A stretch of 64,000 nt of DNA. It comes from Phoronis australis (lineage: Eukaryota > Animalia > Phoronida). Within the stretch, counting starts at the first letter, position 1. Each line of letters opens with the position of its first letter. The stretch is from NCBI GenBank assembly GCA_002633005.1, contig NMRA01000405.1, forward strand, positions 249,009 to 313,008, written 5' to 3'. Below the pieces are notes generated by a model, which did no database searches, was not told where the DNA came from, and saw only the letters and a list, made by a program, of their open reading frames with translations. The position numbers and the translations under genes were made by a program. Shown piece after piece: positions 25,696-39,200 of the stretch.

Positions 25696-26176
25696 TTCTT
25701 TAATCACTCACGCCTCTGATTAATTGCTAAACTGCGTTTTAAAAATACTCTTTCATCATCTTCAATTCACCAATATTCCTTTCCATTTAAGAAGCTTTTT
25801 AAAGACGCATTTTCCATTTTGAGCTAGCTTAAAACGAAAATCGAACCAAGCATTTTACTTTCCTAATCAGACAAGTACTAACTTACACAATTTTTGAGTT
25901 CGCAGTTTTAGTGCTAGCCAAACCCACTAATCTCTGAAGCGTTTTCCCGTGTCGCTGATGGTTTCGATGTTCTTGTCTATAATGGAAAAAGATTCGAATT
26001 CCTATCATAGTGAAGTCGGAATATTATGAAACCGATTTTATGAGAGTAAAAGGCCTAATTCGACTTTCGTTATTTATCCTGAAAAACTGAAAACGTGCAA
26101 GTTGAAACAAATTTTAGCTAAAAAAAAAAAAAACGTAAACACACATTGTGTTGTAAGTTAAGAAATGTTCGCATTT

Positions 26177-26434
26177 CAAGCGGGCACCCCTGGGCTCGGG
26201 GGGCTCGAACGCCTAGCCCCCCATTTGCCGAAGTGGGCAAAAAGGTCCGTCTCAGAGAAACAAAAACTAGAAAAAAAGTAGAAAACGAGACAAAAGTCCA
26301 CTAAAAAGGCAGGAAGTACAAAAATTCGGTGAATGCACAATTCATAGCTCTGAAGGTACCCCGTGACTCTTAGTAAAAGGTCCAAATTCTCAAAAATTCG
26401 AAACCCCCCATTTGTTAGGCAGGGTGTGCGCATG
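26177..26434. mobile_element. Degenerate hAT-like MITE
   Basis: Imperfect ends CAAGCGGGCACCC / GGGTGTGCGCATG; related right-end fragments at ~23330-23360 and ~26950-26990. No clear TSD. Confidence 0.5.
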
Positions 26435-29280
26435 CGAACGTAAATGAAGTATGACGTCTAGTAATAGATTACACGAATCAAAACATATTACTGAAATAGG
26501 ACTGGACAATTCGGAATAGACTTGTAGCGTTTACTGAGGGCTTTCCTGACTACCGATGGAGAAGTCGTTCGACTAAGTTCGACGGACGGTTTAGTAATGC
26601 CATCATAACTTAAATTTCAAAAGTTTGCACCCAGTATTATCAAGAAGGCCTTCCTGGTATTATCAGAATTTCTGAATAAATTTATTTACATTAACATTCT
26701 TTGTGAATTTAAAACCTATATTCCGTCTGTTTAATTGACTAGAAAATGATCAATCGAGTTAAGACTTTTCTCTCATAATATTCCTAACCGTGACCGGATT
26801 TCATTTCCGTTACCAACTCACGTCATTACTAGGGTTTGACAACTCTAAAAAAGCGTTTTCTTGAGTCGATGAGGATTCACTTCACGTTGGTGCTCTCCCT
26901 TTTTTTAGTCCGCCCGTTGCTTTGTTAGGATAAGGTCCACGATGTCAAGAATTCGAGCCCCCCCAAATTGAAGGCTGGGTGCGCGCATGGGTAAAAGAAA
27001 AGGGATCCTATCACGGTAAAGAAAATTATGAGACCAATATCGTGAAAGGACTGCAACTTTAGAACTACAGTAAAATGACCTTGAAGCGTGATATGCTTAA
27101 TTCTGCTAAACGAGAACGACATTATTCTATACTCAGTCAGTTGTCACATTTTGGTTCCTCAACACCCTTGAGCTATCAAGAGACCGTTGATAACATATCC
27201 ATGTCGTAATCAACACTATAAATTATTGTCGCCCGGGCGACAGTGTGCTGAGTGCGATGTCGCCAACATCGACCTATGTAGTAGCCCGTGCGACAATATG
27301 TGTCGAGTGCGACAAAGTATGTCACAACATATCCTACGAATTTGAACAACCACCGATAGTCACAATTTTTCACCCCAGTCATGTCACCACAGTGTTCAAC
27401 AACTAGTGATGAGCTATACTGGTCGACAATTCCGAACAATCTATTACGTTTGTTTTCTTTACAAACTATTTCCTTTCAAAAAGAAATTAACAAGTTAAGT
27501 TGCAAATAAAACGTTTTGCGTTTTTCCCAGGCATATTTTTATGTCGGTCGCGGCGGCTGGTGGACAATCGTTTCAGTTTTCTTCTAATTTGGGAAAGACG
27601 GAGGGCATTTTTTTAGCTAAAAAGCTAGTTAATACAAGTAGTTTGAAATTTAAATGTGGTGAAAAGACAGTAAAGTCTTCGAAAACTACTTAGAAACTGG
27701 ACGAATCCCTCTCTGACTGACAAGACAATTGCAAACAACGTCACGAAGAATGCAAATCCCAGGTTGAAATTCATGTAGAAACAATTTAAAAACTTGGACC
27801 TAGATAGCGCCCCCTGTTACAATACCAATTAGAAGATGCTGGTTTTTGCTCTTATCCTAATGTGCCCTTCTGACTGCACCTGATTCAACTTTTACCACAA
27901 AAGATGTCAAAACAAAATCGTTCGTTTATTCATGTTTGTAATTATATAATTTTATTTATTGATATGATTAAATATATAAATTATTTGTATATTTATTTAT
28001 ATTTATGCATCTATTTATTGTTGAACTTATTATGGTCCTTATTATTTTGCTAATAGACTTCATATGACAAGGCGGCCCAGATAGGCTTTTTACTTTTTCG
28101 AGTCATCCGTACTTCGATTCATTGACCTTCTTAATTTGTTTCTTTTACTTTTACCATAGTTTTATCAGAGTGTTGTGAAGTGTGACTTCCGGTTGTGAGG
28201 ACAAGTACAGTTAGATAAAGCCTCTCTAAACCGCTTGCCAAGTGGCAATTGCTTCTTGGCCGAATGGTTTAGATGCTTGACCGTCGCTCGCTCAACCTCT
28301 GTTCAAGTCCCACAGGAGACACCGAAATTTTCTACACGTCGTAATTTATGTCTATTTTAGAATGTTGTATTGTGTTATTTTATCACTGAAAAAACGAGTC
28401 TCAAGTTGTCTCATCACGGTGGTGGTTAATTGGTATACGCACACACTCATAGGCAAAATCGGTTGTAGCCATCATGTAAAATGATAATTGAGTAGTGGTT
28501 TTATGCAACACCTAGCGTTCGAGACAAATCCTACGACACTGAGGTAGTCTCCGCCCTTCGCCGGAGGTTTGTGGTCCCGCGAGACTGCCGCTCCGAAACT
28601 GAGAATCTCTGCATCCATTGAGTGGCCGTTTGAACGCGACGCGACACCTACAGAAAGGAACAGACACTACAGAAGAACTATTAGCCAATAAAAGAGCGAA
28701 GATTGCAGCAAGTGCGGTCCTTGGTTAATGGAAGATTTTTGTTTTTGTCCCGGTACGTTCGCTTGTCAAAGACATATGCAGCGGTGTAGCTGTATTGTTT
28801 TCGTAGTATCTGTGGTTTTGTTGTAAATTTCTATGATATTTATCTTATATGAGTGCATGCAGACACTTCTTAAATGTGTCCTTGTAAAATAGTTTGGAGA
28901 ACCGCATACCGTGCCTAATGAAATGTGTCGTTAGTTACAGCACGGAGCGACTGAGTGAGAGAGGCTTTATCCTATACAGCGCAGCCATAGGCACTCTCTC
29001 ACCCGCCGCTCGCCGTTATACTATGGTTTATAGAAGGTATTATATAAGAGCGATCCAATATGGAGGACGTGTTATGACGAGCGGCTGACTAGAGGTGTCT
29101 TTGGTTACAGTTACGCCCTGAAATTAGTAATTTTCTGAAGTAGGCCTAACTGAAATAAGTCGTCTAGGCCATTTCTAGATTGGTTAAAACATCAAACTTG
29201 GGGTTAAATCTAATGCCATTTTTTGTAGCATTTTAGCTCATAGCTGTACTTATTGTTTATGGTAATCAGGTGGGATTAGG

Positions 29281-31227
29281 CAGGGCTCGACATAACGAGC
29301 TGCAGGTCGCATTTGCGACCTGAAATTTGGAAATGTGAGCTGAGATTTTTGTCAGCTCGTATCAAGTCGCAAAATGCGACCTGGAATTTCCAACGAATGC
29401 GAGCTGAGTTTTTACACTTCTCAACAGATACCTGGCAAATACAAAGCAGCTCTTGTTAATCCAACCGTTATTTGGTTGTTGCCAAATCCAAGTTCAAAAG
29501 AACACTAACCGAGAACAGCCCTCCCGATGACTTGTAAGCAAGTTGCGTGAACATGGGATATGCAGAATCGATCTTTGACGCGTTTCATTGGCTAACACTT
29601 TCGGCCACTTTTGTAAATTCCTGGATTCGCCAAAGAAAGTTTCAGTGACAAAACTTCACAAAACAACGGTGTTTCTACTAATTCTTAAGTGATCAACTTA
29701 CCAAACTTTGTGGCGGATAAGATGTCCTTATTACATGTACCAAATATACACGATAATATCCCTGATATCGCACTGCGGAACCGTTTGCGCGCAAGCGGTC
29801 CTGACAGACAATCGTGACTTAGACTGATATGTGCTTCTCCTTTTTATCGTATTAAGACAGACAAAGTGAAAATGACAACCTTATTAATCGCCAAACGACG
29901 GTCACGTCTTTACTTTCAGTTGCCAAGAAATTCTCAAACCCTTTACTTGTTTCTGGGGCTACGTGCGCGAAATATGATTTGTCTTTCACACGTTGTTGCC
30001 AACGTAAAGTGTAGGCCTACTCCAGCGATTCAAGTGCGTGAACTCACGCGTGCGCACCACTTCAAAGAACAGCGACAGTCCTAAATGAAAGAGTATACCG
30101 GCTTGGCTCTGGTTTATTTGAAAATGAACTCAGATTCCCAGCCGTTATAAAAGACCCGATGTCCCAGGACCGATATAACTGTTTCCAGAGGTCGATTTTC
30201 TGCAAACCCTGTATTCTATGCCCGTAGCCAGCTATTGCAACTAAACTGGCAGTAGATGCGAAATTGTGGTTCAAGTTAGCGAACTTTTCGTTCTTCTCTT
30301 TATACACCCCCCCCGGCAACTTTTCGCTCCCTGAACCACCGTCGCCGTAAACTGTTCAGACTCCTATAGAAACAACGTTGTTCCGGCTGAAGTGGGCAGT
30401 TAAAAACGATATCCAGAAAGTCACCCCTACTAGATGGAGTTTGCCTCGCAAAATCGTATTATTATAACGTTTCTTACCATTGCAGCGTTTTAATATCTTG
30501 TTACCCGCACAAGCCTACTCCCTACCTTTAAAGTGTTTCATAATAAGTGCTCACTGATCTATTAAAAGTCCCCCCTTAAATTTTGAGAATTTCCAATTAA
30601 GCGCCCACAGTTCAAGCTAGCGCCCGTCATAGCGCACTACAAATGACCGCGTGTGGTTTAAAATTGACACGCAGCTTATATGGTGTGTCACTTTCATTTT
30701 ACACAGCTTCAGTTTTCAAAAACGTCTTTTCACAATATGTAAAAACCAAATCCCAGCTTTGTTTTATACCTCGGAAAGAAAGTTAACACTGGTGAGATGC
30801 GTGTCGTTTTGTGACTGACCTATTTTTCCCGTACTTGGAAGGTATTACCCGAGTTAGTTTGAATCATTAACGACTTTGATGACAGCCAGTAGCAGGCCAG
30901 ATCTAACAAAATCCCGGATACTTTTTCAACGGGCATTTTCTCCCTTTTCACATCGCAAATTTAGCTACTCGAATGCACAAGTCAGTTAGAGAGCACTGAT
31001 TCAACTTTCACGTCGGCAACTTGCCTTGCGCTCTAGAGTCTTTCAGTGGCCGTCGTGAAGAACAGTAACGCCGTACCTGCATGAATGAAGTCAATTTTGA
31101 GATCCGAATTTTGTGAGTATTTTGCGACCTGAAATTTACGAATGCGAGCTGGATTTTGAAAATGCGACCTGGGATTTTGGCTAGGTCACAAAATGCGACC
31201 TGGCGATTTTAATAGCGTCGAGCCCTG
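29281..31227. mobile_element. Non-autonomous hAT-type (hAT5-like) DNA transposon
   Basis: 11-bp TIR CAGGGCTCGAC/GTCGAGCCCTG, 5-bp TSD TTAGG (29276-29280, 31228-31232), subterminal TGCGACCTG/TGCGAGCTG repeats at both ends, no long ORF. Confidence 0.85.
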
Positions 31228-32549
31228 TTAGGTGAAAAGAAACCTCAACATTTGTCGGCATACCAGCTGGGCTGGCCCAGTTCAGAGGGTGGCATGTGGA
31301 AAATTTCTGGCTTACACTGGTCACAGCTCTGATTCCCCAAGCCCCAGACAACTTATATGGAGCCTATTCAGCTCGCCCTTTGTATTGATGTAGATCTGAG
31401 CTAATGAAGTGGAAAGGTAATAGCTAGCACTACTTTCTTAACAATGGTGGTCTTTATTACACTCAAATTGTTTTTATCTGGCATTTGCACAGAGTTAAAG
31501 TCTGCAATGTGGAAAGCAGTTTTAACTTGGTACATTTTAAATCTAACAAAAGGACTAAAAAGTTCATTTGTGTTGATCTTGACAAAGGTCCACTTCCCAA
31601 AGGAACCTTTGGTTTTAAATATGTTTCATACCTGTTTTCATTACTTTAACTTAATACTCCTGTCTAATTGTTTTTTTCTTACGGGTTAGGGTTGCTATCT
31701 TTTTATGTTGTGTTTAAACAAAGTATCAAAACAACTTAGAAGTCAGTTAATTGTGAACCCATCCCTGAATTTTCCAGATTACAGCTACACCAATCATGTC
31801 GCAGCAAACAAAACTACACGTGCTATTAGTTCAATTTCAATTTTTATTAGAACTCAAATCATAAAATATATACGAAATAGCAAATATGGTGATAGCCAGA
31901 CTGAAGATTTGGAACCTCTGGACAATTTTGGTTGCAGTAACTACGTAACTATTGTAGCTTTTTCTCAGTCATAAAAATGAAATCACAGCTATTCTGGATA
32001 GAGACGAAGGTCATTGTCTACCTCATCCACTGCTTGCACTCTCTCGTTGACTACAAAGCTAGCCATCTTAGTTGTCTTCACAGGTGTTCCATTACAACTA
32101 CAATCTTACTGTCAAAATTGGCACGTTTCCTCGAATAGCAGTTTTCCGGTTAGTGTACTACTGGAGTAAAGTAGTTCGGCATGCACTGAGCTATAAGCGA
32201 TGTTTTAAAAATTATTGACATCTAATTTAGTCACTGTGTGTTGTTTGTAGATGTTTCAATGTAGCTTAGTTGTATATTAAAAGACTAATCCACATGATAT
32301 TGTTAACTCTGATTAGCGTTTGTAAATCACCGAGTATATCAATACGCACAGTTGTTTATCTTCAATTGTACCCAATGTTGGTAGTTTTTAGCATAACAGT
32401 TCATCTATTTTTAAATATGGAAAACCAAACTTAGTTGTTTTTTCCATCTGAATACAGCTGTGGTATTTGTTTTAAACGGAAACTGTTGGTTAATGAATTT
32501 TGAAAATTCATATATACAGGGAGAGATGTTTACTATAGTTTATGGTCTC

Positions 32550-32730
32550 ATAATTACACTTAATTGGGTCTTGCTCGCACCGGACAATGCGGTCATCCCA
32601 ACTGAGTCCGACTCTGGCGCCGCGCTCTCTTTAATCCCTGTAAAAGCCACTCAGAAGGATGAGCCGTGAAAAGTCACGCATTTCTTTACAAATGCGTGAC
32701 TTTCGTGTAAGCGTATTATTCACGGCATGG
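32550..32730 (+). repeat. Dispersed repeat, second copy at ~51538-51685
   Basis: Shared AATTACACTTAATTGGG..CACCGG.CAATGCGG..TAAAAGCC..CAGAAGGA..GTAAGCGTATTATTCACGG. Confidence 0.8.
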
Positions 32731-33285
32731 GTCCTGTATATTCACGGCTCTGGCTCTGTACTCTGCCATTAGGTAAACACAAAAGAGCAAGTGCCACCGA
32801 CCCATAACAAACACTGATCGAAGTTACTTTTGTGCGGAACCAAGCAATTGTCATGTTCGTAATGAGTGTGTTGCAGCCCAAACTGATGCCTACAAGAAAC
32901 TGATTTGGTGCATTTCAGTTTGGTGCGGATTGGGGGGCCAAACTGATGCCTATGCCAAACTGAAGCCATCATATGTTCCCTAATTACTACTGATGGTTTA
33001 TAGTTTTTAATGGTTATCAGAATTATATTTGATGACAATGAGTGCATGGTGGTGCGTAATACTTTCTTAGGACACTTCACAAGTTCCCCAATGTAATTAA
33101 TCCATATGACCTGCATATGGGAGCACTCATTGTTGTCAAGCAGTGACATGTCCGTTCTTCTCAAGTCCAGCAACAACCATTTTTATTTGAGTTGTATTCA
33201 GTAAGCTTGCTAAATCAAGTGTTTTTTATAGGAGTCGTGGTTTATTGCTTGTTTACGTAATGCACAAAAATCAATTTTCAGTGCA

Positions 33286-36200
33286 ATGGACAATGAAGCT
33301 TTACAGAAGCAATTTGAGTTGCTGCAGGAACAACAGTCCAAAAAGTTAGCGCGACGTAAGCAAGCTAAAGCTAAAGAAAAAACGGAAACTAAGCCTGCTG
33401 CTGAGAATACGTTTGGAATCAGTGACGACCTTGACCTGAAACTATCCGATCCTCCACCGCCAGGCAGCTCCTATTTGTCAGAGGAACTTGTCAATCATCT
33501 GAACGAGCAAATCAGGGTGAGTGCAGGGGCATTGATGTTTGATTATGTAATGTGTTGGGAGTACAGGCTATGGCTATAGGTGGCATATACATTGTCTGCT
33601 CATATTTCATTGAAGACACGACTTTGATCTGTTTTTACTAGTTTAATTTCTGTTCTTTCCAGCTCTCTAAATAGAGATCTAGTCTTTACATCACAACAGT
33701 GCAATAGAAATCCAAATGACATCAGTAGGTAACATAATTTAAAACGCGATATTTCGAGACACATATCTCATCTTCAGGCTACTATTTACTACTAGTTCAC
33801 AATGAAACGCACATCAGAAATGACAAATGCAATATAACACGTGAAGTTGGCATGCGCAACTATGATGATAAAAACGTATATAAAATACGTTGCTGTGCAA
33901 CATAATGAACAGATCACCTAAATAATGATAAGAGTCCTTCCAGTTCCAGTTAGCTGCTCGTTAAAACTAGGTTTTTCAAACATTATTAGAAGCGACTCTA
34001 ATATTCGTAACCTGTGTACGTCATTTTCAATGTATCTAATGACGGTATTGTCGACAAACTCCTGACGAGTTATCCTGCGACCATGAACATTTTGAAAATG
34101 GTCTTTTATGGAGCCGTTTTGTAAATGCTGCTCTGTCTCATACTAGCCATTAGAGCATTCAGTAAAGTGTCACTCTGTTTTTGATACATGTTGCAGGAAC
34201 TAAAGGATGAAAATGGAAGACTGTACAAGCTGTTGAGTGAAAGAGACTTTGAAATCAGGCAACTGAAGAAAAAACGAGAGGAAGACAAACAAGCAATCAG
34301 TGGTATGTTCCCTTCATAGCCTTCGGTGCAGTGGTGGTTTCAAGTGAATTTCGGTGTCCCAAAATTTAGACTGCCCTAACTGGAGAATGGTTGCCAAAAA
34401 CTCAGTCTGGTGTCTTTTAATGTTGATGAGGATTATATTATTAAACGATGGACATTCAACCAGGTGAAAAATTCATAAATCCAACTTCTGGAACTTAGTG
34501 TAAAATAATTTTCCTGACTTAGCGGAGTCACTTAATAGCACGAATGGGGTCAAAGTTAAGTTCTCTCACTCATGGTCCAGGGCCTTGCAGTTGTTTTCTA
34601 TGAACACTGGCAGAGGGCAAACCAGTCGGTCATCAGTCCCCAGCAGAAGGAGCCATGTGGCTCTGCAACATTAGGAAAATTATTTTACGGCAAGTTGCAC
34701 AAGTTGTATTATTACTATAATTATAATTGCTATTGATATTATTGTAATTACCATCATTGTAATTACCATCATTGTAATTACCATCATTGTAATTACCATC
34801 ATTGTAATATACAGGTGGAGGTGTGGCAAGTGACCAGGTGGCCACGAGGATTGTAGAGTTGTCGAAAAAAGTGAGAGAATTAACAGCTGAGCTAGAGAGT
34901 GAGAAGACGAAGAGCAAACAGTATGCCAAGAAGTGTCGGGACTTGCAGAAGGAGGTCAGGTTTGAACCAAGGGTGATAGTGGGCTGTGTTGTTACAGACC
35001 TTGGAAAGTCTATATTCAGTATTTGTAGTAATGATAGCAAGTCTGCAGTTTAGAGTGTCTCTAAAATATGGGGCGCTGAAATTCAAGCCAAAATTGAATT
35101 TTCTTGATTTTAAAGATTGGGACATCGGTAATTTTAGCATTCATCATATTTCACACATAATGGTCACTGCATTTTATGTTGTTATGTCTGAGATGAAATC
35201 ATTTTAAATTGCGGCCAATTTAAAATTTGTCTTTCTCGTAATTCCTGAATTTGCGATAGCCAATATTTCATAGTTCCAAAGTTTGGTACAAGCTCCGACC
35301 TTGAGTGAAATAATTCAATTTTCATAGTCCCAAACTGGAGAATTTTTTATCGTACTTGCGAGTTATAGGTAGTGAGATCGTGTATTTCATGGCAATCTCT
35401 TGAAGACTTGCGTACTATCATCAACCTTGTGAGGCAAAAAACTGGCATGTTTAAATTAAAAAAAATTGTCATGAATAGAAAGTGCTTAAATTTTAAGTTT
35501 TGATTACATTGGAAAGATTATGTCATGTTTTCTGTTCAGGGTTTACTTCACCATTACACTCACTAGAAGACATTTAATAAAAAAGAGAATTATTATATCC
35601 GCTTTTATAAGTGCCCTGGGCACTTCGGAAAGTCATGGAAAGGAGGGTGCTAATTCATTGAAAACGTAGTCACCGAACAGGTGAATTGTGAGTAGGGCTG
35701 TTCCAGTAAAATCCATGTGGGAGGGGGGGATGGCAGTAGAAATAAAAATTCATGGGTGGTGGTCTTCAGAAAAAAACTCAATTTATGGGTGGTCGTTCCT
35801 GTAAGAAGTGATGCATTAAAAATGGGTGGTATTTTTTGACCTGTTAATGTTGACAAGATGGTTACTTCAGCCAAACACATCTTCAAAGAAATTAAAACTC
35901 AAAAAATGCAATTGGCATATATCCTAACTTATCCCAATACAAAAAAGCCCATATTGCCAGTGAACAGAGTGCAATATATTCACTAAGCCATTAATCAAGT
36001 CATGGGCAACTTGATTTGAGCCAACTATTTGTCTGCAGTCCTATTGAATTGAAAAGTTATGCAACACTAAACTGGTGTTAATACATATAGGAAAATTGAT
36101 GATTTTTAAATAAAAAGTATGAGGAGTAAGATAAACAAGTTCCAATATTCACTTGACATTGAAGTATAAAAGAGTTCGTGGCGACAGTTTGAGATTCATA

Positions 36201-39200
36201 GATCCTTATAATTGAAAAAAATGTTCATTGAAATTATACACACATGGTGAACAGAGACACCTGGTGGCTGCCAAAAGTGTTGCTCACAGGCTACTTTAGT
36301 TTTTGACGATATTGGACAAGACAACTAGTTCTTGTCTGTCAATCATCTAAGTTCTTAACAGGTCCTCCTGGAGGCAATTTGTTTGCAAGTGTTCGATTTT
36401 ATATTTTAACCTATTAAAAATAATTAAAAAATTATGGGTCATGGGTTGGAGAAATAAATGAAAAATATGGGCGGTGGGTACGAAATAAAAGTGCCTTCCC
36501 CCCCCCTCCCATACAGATTTTGCTGGAACAGCCCGTACCGGAGAACAACCTTACGTCCAACGTTTTACTCCCAGATAAAAATTACCTGGTATTAGTGTTA
36601 TGCAGTTTCCAAACTGATGGATACTATGTTTTTGAATATTTTTGTTAACCCTATCCTTGCTGCAGACCACAAGTTTGATCTAAAAGTTGCCTACATTGGA
36701 CACCACAGACCACTAAATCGGAATCGGGTAGTATCAAAAATAATTAACAGGAACTTGGATTTGTGATGTCATCACAGCACATGTAAAGTTAGCATCGTAT
36801 GATCCGTCAAGATGAAATCTCATGGTTTTTACTTTTCTCGAGAAATGACAGAAGTTTGAAGTGAGTTGTGACTGGCAAATATCAACACTAAAGAGAGGCT
36901 GGAAGCTTGGAAATTCTGTGCAGTATGATATATGTCAGATGACTAGGATGACTAGAAAGACTGAAGTCGTACTGTGCAGTATGATATATGTCAGATGACT
37001 AGGATGACTAGAAAGACTGAAGTCATTCTGTGCAGTATGATATATGTCAGATGACTAGGATGACTAGAAAGACTGAAGTCATTCTGTGCAGTATGATATA
37101 TGTCAGATGACTAGGATGACTAGAAAGACTGAAGTCATACTGTGGTAAAAAGTCACGTTTATCCATTTTACATCATGGGTCACACTGAGAGGGAGAGTAC
37201 TATGTTTAAAATCCGGTTGGGTGTTTATTAGTGCAAATGTGGTATATACCATTACCGCGTCACAGAAATTAGAATTTTTGCCTTGAAAATATTGATCAAT
37301 TGTTGTAATAAATGACTACACAGAAATGATATTGATGTTATTGATTGCTATTGATCAAATAAATCCAGTGTTTAGGTAAATGAAAAACAAAAGAAAACAG
37401 TAACGTGTGAGAATTTTGTACGAACAAAAGTCACATGTGGATTGTTGATGCCACACAATTTGCTTCGCGTTTTTGTTGTGTGGGGGAGGGATAACATCAA
37501 AGAACTTTCAGTTTGGATCTGTAACCAGGCATCATTTTAACATCAAAATTTTCCCAGAGCTCAACACAAAAGTCTTTCATTCTTTTGCAGGTGGATAGTG
37601 CCCCACAAGAGGGCGCTGCTCCACCCACAGCAAGATCAATATTCACAAGTTTAGAAGATGGAAAGGTAACTCACTGCCAGTTCACTACAGCTGTATTTTT
37701 GGTAATTTAAAACTAAAATTCAGTGAAATCTATGCGTCAATATAGTTGCCCTGAGAGAAGTAACTTATAATCTCTAACTTCACAGCATGTGCCCACCAAA
37801 GCTCATTTATGCCAGTTGGCCTGTACATTGGAAACGAGGATTGTCTAGTTGTTGAAAAAAGTATTTGACATAGGGAAAACTGAATTTCATAGATAATATC
37901 AAGTCACGAAATTCAGTTGGCATTTGGATGACTTTATATTCTGTTAATCAGATGTGTCCATCCTTTATAACACTAGTTTTATTCATATTGATGTACTTGG
38001 CTATTCACAAATAATTTAACTGGTTTATGTTATTTTTTAAAGTATCTGTGTGACTGTGAAGACTTTCACTAGTTCAAGTATTCATGAACTGAGGTGCACT
38101 TTATTATTGAAAAGGAAGTTGTTGTGTATACTTTTTCAGTATTAGAATTGTCACTGGGTAAACGTAGTACTTTGTTGTGCTCTAAACTCTACCTTCTTTC
38201 TTCCGTTTCCATTTTGCAGACATACACGGAAGGCGATTATAAGGCGCTGCTGGAAAGGTCACGACAGTCAGAAATCAGACTCACTGAGGCACGGAATCAG
38301 TGCCAGTTGCTAAGAAACGAACTCAAGATGGCGCAGAAGGTAAAAGTCCCCACATGGGAATTTGCAATTCCAATTGTGTCAACTTCCTACAAAAATACAT
38401 CTCATTTGAATGTGCAGTGCCTGTTTTTCTGATTGTAAACAAAAAATTTAGATATCCAACAGTTTTTGGGACTTTATTACTAAAAGAGACATCTGAATGA
38501 GACTAATACAAGTTACTACAACTGTTGCTTTTTGTGAATTTCTGATAATAAGTTCTAGGGTGTATATTTGTAAAGTGGCTTACCCTTCTAATTTCCCAAA
38601 TAGTAGCAATAGTAGACTGTCAAAAATGGATGGGAGGCGATAAATGGAAAAAAGCCAGCGACTTTGACATGGAATTAGGACCAATATAGGTAGATATTAG
38701 TGCAATGTGTGGATGAGCATGAACAAAGTGAATATACTATATCTTGTTTCTCATAAAGCCTTCTTTTTTGTTAATTCAATTTGGTAGCTGACACCTTTTT
38801 TGGGAAACCCAAAGAAATTTTTTTACTGCTCTTGGTAGGTAGTTGAATATCCAGATTATGTTGCCGTGGAGATAGTCTGAGCTGTGGAAGACTATTACAT
38901 AACTGAGTTCTAACACAGTGATTTGGAGTCATTCTGTTGGGTTTGTTGGCAGGTTATAACCAGTGAGTGTGGTGAGGGTGTAACTATACAGTCGCTTGTA
39001 AAGGAGGGGAGTAACTGGAGGGGCCGCGCTCAGCAGGTGATCGCTTTGCAGAGAAAGGTAGGTGTCAGTGGTGTACAAGGTGAGACAGCTCTGCTTGGTT
39101 TTATGCTTGTCATATTTTCACACCTTGAAATGAGCTTTCAGCCCAGCTATCGTTCACTTGAAGCAGTCAAATCAGCTCGTACGCTCGTAACTCTCCATCT

